The position numbers and the translations under genes were made by a program. The notes under the pieces are model-generated. The model worked only from the letters and a program-made list of their open reading frames with translations, was not told the origin of the DNA and did not search any database. A stretch of 11,772 nucleotides of DNA from Clostridia bacterium. Its GTDB lineage: Bacteria > Bacillota > Clostridia > Lachnospirales > CAG-274. The stretch covers positions 1 through 11,772 of the forward strand of contig JAUNPM010000026.1 of assembly GCA_030536675.1 (NCBI GenBank). The letters are read 5' to 3'. Of this stretch, positions 7,028 to 11,772 are shown one piece after another (position 1 is the stretch's first letter; each line of letters opens with the position of its first letter).

Positions 7028-8332
7028 ATGGCAGTAGCAGAAGTCGTTAAGTATAATGGTAGTCCAGATGTATTCGCATGGAAATATCCCAGTGAAGAAT
7101 TGGGGACTTGGACACAATTGGTTGTAAATGAATCACAAGAAGCGGTTTTAGTAAAAAGCGGAAAGGTTTTGGATGCCTTTGGCAGTGGACGCCATACGCT
7201 TGATACAGCAAACATTCCTATTCTTAATAATATTATCAATCTTCCCTTTGGAGGAAGAAGTCCGTTTACTGCAGAAGTTTGGTTCATAAATAAGGGATAT
7301 AATCTTGACGTTAAATGGGGAACTCCTACACCTATACAGATCCAAGACCCTAAGTATGGTATATTTGCTCCTGTTCGCTCAAATGGTGCCTTTGGTATTC
7401 ATATATCAGATGCTAAAAAATTTTTGATAAAGCTTGTAACAACGATGCCGACCTTTGATACGGCGACAATTACAAAGTATTTTAGAAGCCTTTATGTTAC
7501 AAAGGTAAAGGATGCAATTTCCACATATCTGGTACATAAACAAATAAGCATATTGGAAATCAATGCATATATTGATGAGCTTTCTAAGCATATGAAAGAA
7601 AGAATCCGACCTGTAATGGACGATTACGGCATTGAGCTTGTATCTTTTTATGTAAATGAGATAAGTGTTCCTGAGGACGATACGGCAGTTAAAAAGCTGA
7701 AGGATGCTTTGTCCAAGAGGGCAGAAATGAACATTATAGGATACAGCTATCAGCAAGAGCGATCCTTTGATACACTTGAAGGAGCTGCAAAGAATACAGG
7801 CTCTACAGCTGCTCCACTTATGGGTGCAGGTATGGGATTGGGAATGGGCTTAGGTATGGGACGAGGAGTAGGAAGAAGTTTCAGTAACATCACCCATGAA
7901 ATCCAAATAAACAATAATGAGGAATCAACGAAAGAATGTCCTAATTGTCATTCACGTATTTCCAATATGCAAAGGTTCTGCGGAAATTGTGGATTTGATA
8001 CGGAAAAAAAGCCTGAAGCAAAAAAAGAACAGTCTTTAATGTGTTCTGCTTGCGGAAGCGCAATAGAAAAAAATACAAAGTTTTGTCCCGAGTGTGGCAG
8101 GAAGATCAACCACTGTCCAAATTGCGGCAATGATATTGGGGATGATACAACAAGGTGTGATATCTGCGGTTATGAAAAGCCTCAGCAGTGTCCAAACTGC
8201 GGTGCCGAAATTTCCGCAAAGTCAAAATTCTGTCCCGAATGTGGGCACGTGTTGGTAAAGTTTTGCCCAAAGTGTAATTCTCCCATTGAGGGTGAGAGTA
8301 AGTTCTGCCCCGAATGTGGTGAGAAGCTGTAA
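7028..8332 (+). CDS. SPFH/Band-7 family protein of the COG4260 (B. subtilis YdjI-like) type. It has an N-terminal SPFH-like domain of about 265 aa, a Gly/Met-rich low-complexity linker (GAGMGLGMGLGMGRGVG), and a C-terminal array of five tandem zinc ribbons (CPNC..CGNC, CSAC..CPEC, CPNC..CDIC, CPNC..CPEC, CPKC..CPEC).
   Basis: The ORF track starts at a TTG at 7013. The more plausible start is the ATG at 7028 (MAVAEV...), 6 nt downstream of the RBS GAGGGGG (7015-7021). The N-terminal region (VFAWKYP...AEVWFINKGYNLDVKWGT...) matches my recollection of COG4260/Band_7_1 proteins. Twenty Cys are arranged as 5 x CxxC-N10-11-CxxC between nt 7937 and 8320. Confidence 0.8.
   Translation: MAVAEVVKYNGSPDVFAWKYPSEELGTWTQLVVNESQEAVLVKSGKVLDAFGSGRHTLDTANIPILNNIINLPFGGRSPFTAEVWFINKGYNLDVKWGTPTPIQIQDPKYGIFAPVRSNGAFGIHISDAKKFLIKLVTTMPTFDTATITKYFRSLYVTKVKDAISTYLVHKQISILEINAYIDELSKHMKERIRPVMDDYGIELVSFYVNEISVPEDDTAVKKLKDALSKRAEMNIIGYSYQQERSFDTLEGAAKNTGSTAAPLMGAGMGLGMGLGMGRGVGRSFSNITHEIQINNNEESTKECPNCHSRISNMQRFCGNCGFDTEKKPEAKKEQSLMCSACGSAIEKNTKFCPECGRKINHCPNCGNDIGDDTTRCDICGYEKPQQCPNCGAEISAKSKFCPECGHVLVKFCPKCNSPIEGESKFCPECGEKL
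7820..7876 (+). repeat. Short imperfect tandem nucleotide repeat (GGTATGGGA/TTGGGAATGGGC...) encoding the Gly/Met-rich linker MGAGMGLGMGLGMGRGVGR inside the SPFH gene.
   Basis: Seen directly in nt 7820-7876 as repeated GGNATGGGN units. This is low-complexity coding sequence. A similar Gly/Met-rich linker precedes the zinc ribbon in YdjI-type proteins, but that is from memory. Confidence 0.5.
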
Positions 8333-8344
8333 GGGGGCGATGTT

Positions 8345-9043
8345 ATGAATAGAAGAAGTATAACAATATTGATCAGCGGTATTATAACGTTATTTGTTAC
8401 GATTGTAATTGCCGCACTTTGCATTGACGATTGGTCAGGTTTGACAGGCTGGGCATTTAGCTCAATGCTTTTGTCTGAAATTATTTTATTTGGCGGATTT
8501 ATATTTGTTGAATGGATCGCTGAAAGAACAGAGCAAATAATTACACGCTCTGCTTTATATGTACTTTTTTCTGTATATGCAATTATTAACATACCTGTTT
8601 CTGTTCTTTACATTGCATTTTTTAAGGAGGCAACAACTTCATTTGTAATTATAGAGGTTATTCTCCTTGCTGTTGTTATCATTGCTGTTTTAATATGTCT
8701 TGTAACAAGTAAAAGTATTAATCAGTCTAATGAGATGACAATGAATAATGTGTTAAGCGTTGAGTCAATGATTGAGCGTTTGAGTAAATTGGCTGATTCC
8801 AATCGATGTGAAAAATATTCTTCTGCATTGAAAAAGGCAGGGGAAAATTTGAGATTTACAGATGTTTCAGTAATCGTTCCGGAAGATGAAGAAATAGACA
8901 AAGCTATTTCAGCTATTGAAATCGACGTGACAGGGGATAATGAAATGACTGAAGAAGTGCTTAACGGATATTTAGTTCGCCTAAACTCTTTAATTGCCAA
9001 AAGAAAGATAGCTGCGAGCTTTTCTAAGAAAGGGAGGGTGTAA
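8345..9043 (+). CDS. Polytopic membrane protein. About 4 predicted TM helices in residues 5-122, then a roughly 110-aa acidic, predicted-helical cytoplasmic C-terminal domain. Function unknown.
   Basis: 232-aa ORF. RBS AGGGGG 7 nt upstream of the ATG. It starts 12 nt after the stop of the SPFH gene. Four hydrophobic stretches begin at SITILISGIITLFVTIVIAAL, GWAFSSMLLSEIILFGGFIF, SALYVLFSVYAIINIPVSVLYIAFF and SFVIIEVILLAVVIIAVLICLV. There are no Cys pairs and no recognisable catalytic motif. Confidence 0.75.
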   Translation: MNRRSITILISGIITLFVTIVIAALCIDDWSGLTGWAFSSMLLSEIILFGGFIFVEWIAERTEQIITRSALYVLFSVYAIINIPVSVLYIAFFKEATTSFVIIEVILLAVVIIAVLICLVTSKSINQSNEMTMNNVLSVESMIERLSKLADSNRCEKYSSALKKAGENLRFTDVSVIVPEDEEIDKAISAIEIDVTGDNEMTEEVLNGYLVRLNSLIAKRKIAASFSKKGRV

Positions 9044-9046
9044 TAT

Positions 9047-9742
9047 ATGTTTCAAAAAAATGGTAGTAAAGCAAGCAAAGGTGCTTCGTGGGCAGTTATA
9101 ATTATTTTACTGATATTCTTTTGTTATGTGGGTATTCCCTTGATGCTTAGTAAGTTACATAAGGATACAGAAAATATGCTGTTCAATGCAAAGAGAACTA
9201 TTACAGTGGGTTGGATCTTTTTCGCAATTGGCTGTATGTATTTGTTCTTAGGGCTTACGGGAGCTCTTAATCCCAATGATGGAAGCAATTTTGTAGGCTT
9301 TCTTGTATTTATTGTAGTTTTGTTATGCGGCGGTGGTTATGCTATTGTAAGACACGCAAAAAAATACAGAAATTGGGGACTTATGTATGAACGTTACCTT
9401 CCTGTTTTGTCAGGCTTGCCTACGGGTTCTTTGGATGAGCTGGCAGAAACGGTTGGGGAAACTTATGATGTGACATCTAAGAATATACAGAACTTGATCG
9501 ATATTGGATTACTTGAAAACAGCTATATAGATAAAACCAGAAGAAGTCTTGTTTCTCCTGTTGTTTCAAGTACGTACAGACCTAAGCAAAGCTCTGACGA
9601 AGCGGAGGTCAAAAATACTCAGCAGGCAAAGCCGAGAGCATCAAAAGTACATACAATTAAGTGCCCAAATTGCGGCGGTGTGAACAATGTTACCGAAGGT
9701 GCGGTAAATATTTGTGATTACTGTGGTACTGCATTAGAATGA
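9047..9742 (+). CDS. Membrane-anchored protein with 2-3 N-terminal TM helices, a cytoplasmic winged-HTH-like segment (LDELAETVGETYDVTSKNIQNLIDIGLLENSYID), a linker and a C-terminal zinc ribbon (KCPNCGG-N14-CDYCG). It is a paralog of the next gene.
   Basis: 231-aa ORF. RBS GGGAGGG, 3 nt after the previous stop. The hydrophobic helices are WAVIIILLIFFCYVGIPLML, VGWIFFAIGCMYLFLGLTGAL and FVGFLVFIVVLLCGGGYAIV. Positive residues (RHAKKYR) follow the last TM, indicating a cytoplasmic C-domain. The Cys4 motif is encoded at nt 9662-9727. Confidence 0.75.
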   Translation: MFQKNGSKASKGASWAVIIILLIFFCYVGIPLMLSKLHKDTENMLFNAKRTITVGWIFFAIGCMYLFLGLTGALNPNDGSNFVGFLVFIVVLLCGGGYAIVRHAKKYRNWGLMYERYLPVLSGLPTGSLDELAETVGETYDVTSKNIQNLIDIGLLENSYIDKTRRSLVSPVVSSTYRPKQSSDEAEVKNTQQAKPRASKVHTIKCPNCGGVNNVTEGAVNICDYCGTALE

Positions 9743-9760
9743 TAGAAGTGAGGAAAAGAA

Positions 9761-10357
9761 ATGAATAATTCAAAAGTGACTATTGCTGTAAACAGAACTA
9801 TAAGCTTGATACAATTGATTGCAGGAATTTTCTTTGTATTTATTTTCGGTATTTGTACTATTGTGTACTTGTTTGACAAAACTATATCTGCGGATGCAGG
9901 TACAAGTTTCTTGATTTGCTGTTTGGTTTTTGATGCTTTGGGTATATGGCTGATAATATGCTCTAAAAAGAAGAAAAAACTTATAAATACCTTTAAAACA
10001 TATGTAATTGCTATTTCAAATGACGGCAGCAGTCACATACCTGATATTGCGGCTTCTGTGGGAACATCGGAAGATGTTGTGAGGAAAAATCTTGATATTA
10101 TGATCAAGAAAAAGTTTTTCCAAAATGCATATATTGACCAAAGCGCAAATTGTATTGTGATTTCAAGTAATAAGGCTGTGCAGAATGTAACAGCTTCAAA
10201 CGCTTTTGAAAACAAATCACAGGCTTCTAAAAATAATACGTCTGCATCGGCGGAAATGGTAACTGTTAAATGTAATGGCTGCGGAGCAGTTAATACTATT
10301 GAAAAGGGAAAAACAGGCGAATGTGATTACTGCGGTTCTGTAATTAAGGGAGAATAG
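9761..10357 (+). CDS. Membrane-anchored protein with 2 TM helices, a cytoplasmic winged-HTH-like segment (IPDIAASVGTSEDVVRKNLDIMIKKKFFQNAYID) and a C-terminal zinc ribbon (KCNGCGA-N14-CDYCG). It is a paralog of the previous gene.
   Basis: 198-aa ORF. RBS GTGAGGAAAAG, 18 nt after the previous stop. A KKKKK stretch after TM2 places the C-domain in the cytoplasm. The ribbon (I/V)KCxxCG(G/A)VN...CDYCG(T/S) is conserved with ORF 9047..9742, and the wHTH-like block ends in the same ..AYID motif in both. Confidence 0.75.
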   Translation: MNNSKVTIAVNRTISLIQLIAGIFFVFIFGICTIVYLFDKTISADAGTSFLICCLVFDALGIWLIICSKKKKKLINTFKTYVIAISNDGSSHIPDIAASVGTSEDVVRKNLDIMIKKKFFQNAYIDQSANCIVISSNKAVQNVTASNAFENKSQASKNNTSASAEMVTVKCNGCGAVNTIEKGKTGECDYCGSVIKGE

Positions 10358-10367
10358 GGTCAATCAG

Positions 10368-10417
10368 TGGTATAATATTTGGTGAAGTTTTTTACACCAA
10401 ATATTATACCATTTTTT
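10368..10417. terminator. Bidirectional rho-independent terminator between the convergent operons. It has a perfect 17-bp stem, a 10-nt loop and a T-run.
   Basis: TGGTATAATATTTGGTG (10368-10384), loop AAGTTTTTTA, then CACCAAATATTATACCA (10395-10411), an exact reverse complement, followed by TTTTTT (10412-10417). It lies 10 nt after the stop of ORF 9761..10357 and 24 nt beyond the stop of the minus-strand acetyltransferase gene. Confidence 0.7.
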
Positions 10418-10434
10418 AAATTAAATCCGTTTTT

Positions 10435-11019
10435 TTATTCTTTTTGTTCTGCAGGATCTTGATAGCGTATGACTTTTGCAGGAACACCTCCGACTACAGC
10501 ATAGTCGGGTACATCTTTTGTGACAACTGCTCCTGCGCCAACCACAGCGTATTTTCCAATAGTTACCCCCGGACATATGGTAACGTTCATACCGATCCAC
10601 GAATTCTTTTTCAGTGTTACTTTTCCATAGGTGTAAATGGAATGTCTTTCATTCATATTATGATTTATTGTGGCAATGCGTACCCCCGGAGCAAGCATAA
10701 CTCCGTCTTCAAATTCGATGCCGCCTGAAGCTGAAAGAATAGCGGAATGATTGATAAATACTCCCTTTCCGAATTTTACTCTGTTTCCGAAATCACAAAT
10801 GAAGGGTGTAAGTATTCTTATATCTTCAAGAGCTCTTCCGAATAATTCTTCCAAATATGTAATATATGACGGATCGTTGGGCAAAATTGCATTTACCTTT
10901 GCACAAAGTGTTCTGGCACGCATCATTTCATCAACTGCTTCCTTGAAATAATCTTCACGTACGTCTGTTGGTCCTCCCTGATCCATTAATTTATATACAT
11001 AGCCATTTTCATAATTCAT
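10435..11019 (-). CDS. Hexapeptide-repeat (left-handed beta-helix) sugar O-acetyltransferase of the maltose/galactoside O-acetyltransferase (Maa/LacA) family.
   Basis: The translation carries N-terminal Mac-domain-like motifs ([29 protein letters not shown]) and then hexapeptide repeats ([43 protein letters not shown]). The start is assigned to the ATG at 11019 (MNYENGY...), which has the RBS AAAGGTGG 7 nt upstream. The track's ATG at 11037 lacks an SD. Confidence 0.8.
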   Translation of the reverse strand: MNYENGYVYKLMDQGGPTDVREDYFKEAVDEMMRARTLCAKVNAILPNDPSYITYLEELFGRALEDIRILTPFICDFGNRVKFGKGVFINHSAILSASGGIEFEDGVMLAPGVRIATINHNMNERHSIYTYGKVTLKKNSWIGMNVTICPGVTIGKYAVVGAGAVVTKDVPDYAVVGGVPAKVIRYQDPAEQKE

Positions 11020-11521
11020 TTTGTAACCACCTTTCAATTATATTTTTTGATTTATCAACACTGCTTCCGTTTATTGCAAGACCTTTTGAAACTTTAGCGC
11101 CTTTAGTTGTGTTTGCAATATCTTTTTCTGTTGATGAAAGTCCGCTGCCCTCGTGGGTGCAGAATGGGTATATAGTCTTTCCGCTGAAATCAAATGCTTC
11201 CAGAAAGGTATATACTGCCATAGGCATAGTGCCCCAATAGTTGGGATATCCAAGATATATTTCATCATACATATCCAAATTATTGGGTAATTTAGTAAGT
11301 TCGGGTCTTGCGTTTGTTTGAAGATCTTTCTTCGCTTCTTCAATGCAAGTATTATAATCTTTTGAATAAGGCTTTATTTGTTCTATTTTAAACAAGTCTG
11401 CGCCTGTGATATTTGAAATTATTTTTGCTGCTTTTTCTGTATTTCCCACGGTTATATATTTCAGAGAGCCGCCGAAATAGTTTTCATCGGCTCTTGAATA
11501 AAATGCTACAAGTTTTTTCAC
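11009..11521 (-). CDS. Flavodoxin-family protein (flavodoxin-like fold, Flavodoxin_4-type), a probable FMN-binding redox protein.
   Basis: The translation ...[17 protein letters not shown]...[37 protein letters not shown]... is typical of the short flavodoxin-like family. The start is assigned to the GTG at 11521, which has the RBS GGAAGGAGA 9 nt upstream, and reads MKKLVAFYS. The track's TTG at 11548 is unlikely. It overlaps the acetyltransferase start by 11 nt. Confidence 0.65.
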   Translation of the reverse strand: MKKLVAFYSRADENYFGGSLKYITVGNTEKAAKIISNITGADLFKIEQIKPYSKDYNTCIEEAKKDLQTNARPELTKLPNNLDMYDEIYLGYPNYWGTMPMAVYTFLEAFDFSGKTIYPFCTHEGSGLSSTEKDIANTTKGAKVSKGLAINGSSVDKSKNIIERWLQNEL

Positions 11522-11772
11522 TTTTCGTTTTCTCCTTCCTTGTTCCAAGTTAATTTTCCTGTTTCCAATGCCTTTTCATAAATTGAAATTTTATATGAAA
11601 GTCTTTCCATTGTTTCTTCTATATGCTTTTTTTGAGATTTCAAAACGTCCATTTGGTTTTTCAGAAGCTCTAATCTTGCAGGGATTGTTTGATCCCCTTG
11701 CTGAAACAGATTTACGTATTCTATCATAACTTCAATAGGCAAGCCTGAACTTCTCATACAAATTGCCAATTG
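11518..11772 (-). CDS. MerR-family transcriptional regulator. Only the C-terminal dimerisation and effector part is present. The N-terminal HTH lies beyond the window end.
   Basis: The translation ...MRSSGLPIEVMIEYVNLFQQGDQTIPARLELLKNQMDVLKSQKKHIEETMERLSYKISIYEKALETGKL has the MerR coiled-coil and linker signature (motif LFQQGD). The TGA stop overlaps the GTG start of the flavodoxin gene (GTGA), which indicates translational coupling. Confidence 0.7.
   Translation of the reverse strand, partial: QLAICMRSSGLPIEVMIEYVNLFQQGDQTIPARLELLKNQMDVLKSQKKHIEETMERLSYKISIYEKALETGKLTWNKEGENEK

Noticed and set aside
6970-8592. Minus-strand ORFs 6970..7287, 7148..7345, 7406..7756, 7948..8130 and 8182..8592, antisense to the SPFH and 4-TM genes.
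   Set aside because: They are antisense to ORFs with strong domain and motif support. Their translations are repetitive, for example the repeated PHSGQNF from antisense of the CPECG repeats. There are no SDs.
8722-11343. ORFs 8722..9000 -, 10033..10215 -, 10444..10728 +, 10751..10951 +, 10968..11240 + and 11071..11343 -, opposite real genes.
   Set aside because: Each lies antisense to or in an alternate frame of a gene with a convincing product (the membrane proteins, the hexapeptide acetyltransferase, the flavodoxin). They are not independent genes.
1-11772. Searched for CRISPR arrays, tRNA or rRNA genes, IS elements, integrases, and terminal inverted or direct repeats flanking the 7-10.4 kb module.
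   Set aside because: I found no regular repeat-spacer periodicity, no tRNA-like cloverleaf candidates and no transposase or integrase-like ORFs. The module is flanked by a normal terminator and promoter rather than by repeats. There is no evidence it is on a mobile element within this window.

Overview
Low-GC, Firmicutes/Clostridia-like chromosomal window with three blocks. (1) 183-6577 (+): a glutamate synthase operon, with the large subunit gltB (307..5076, 1589 aa) and small subunit gltD (5069..6532, 487 aa, 8-nt overlap with gltB). It is preceded by a sigmaA-like promoter (TTGATT-17-TATTAT, 183-211), an array of TTAAGTAT/ATACTTAA 8-mers including a perfect 13-bp inverted repeat, and a hairpin with U-tract in the leader. 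A good intrinsic terminator follows at 6545-6577. (2) 7028-10357 (+): the most interesting part of the window, a tightly packed four-gene operon behind a roughly 240-nt leader. It encodes an SPFH/Band-7 (COG4260, YdjI-like) protein whose C-terminus carries a Gly/Met-rich linker and five tandem CxxC-N10-11-CxxC zinc ribbons. Next come a 4-TM membrane protein with an acidic helical tail, then two paralogous membrane-anchored proteins, each with a winged-HTH-like segment and a C-terminal zinc ribbon of the form (I/V)KCxxCG...CDYCG. The operon is reminiscent of B. subtilis pspA-ydjGHI (this is from memory, not a search), but no pspA/pspC is present here and the partner proteins are different. I read it as a candidate uncharacterised zinc-ribbon-themed membrane module. 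It ends at a perfect 17-bp-stem bidirectional terminator (10368-10417). (3) 10435-11772 (-): a translationally coupled MerR-family regulator (3' part only, runs off the window), a flavodoxin-family protein (GTG start overlapping the MerR TGA stop) and a hexapeptide-repeat maltose/galactoside O-acetyltransferase. No rRNA, tRNA, CRISPR, IS or transposase signals were seen. All other six-frame ORFs are antisense or internal to these genes and were rejected.
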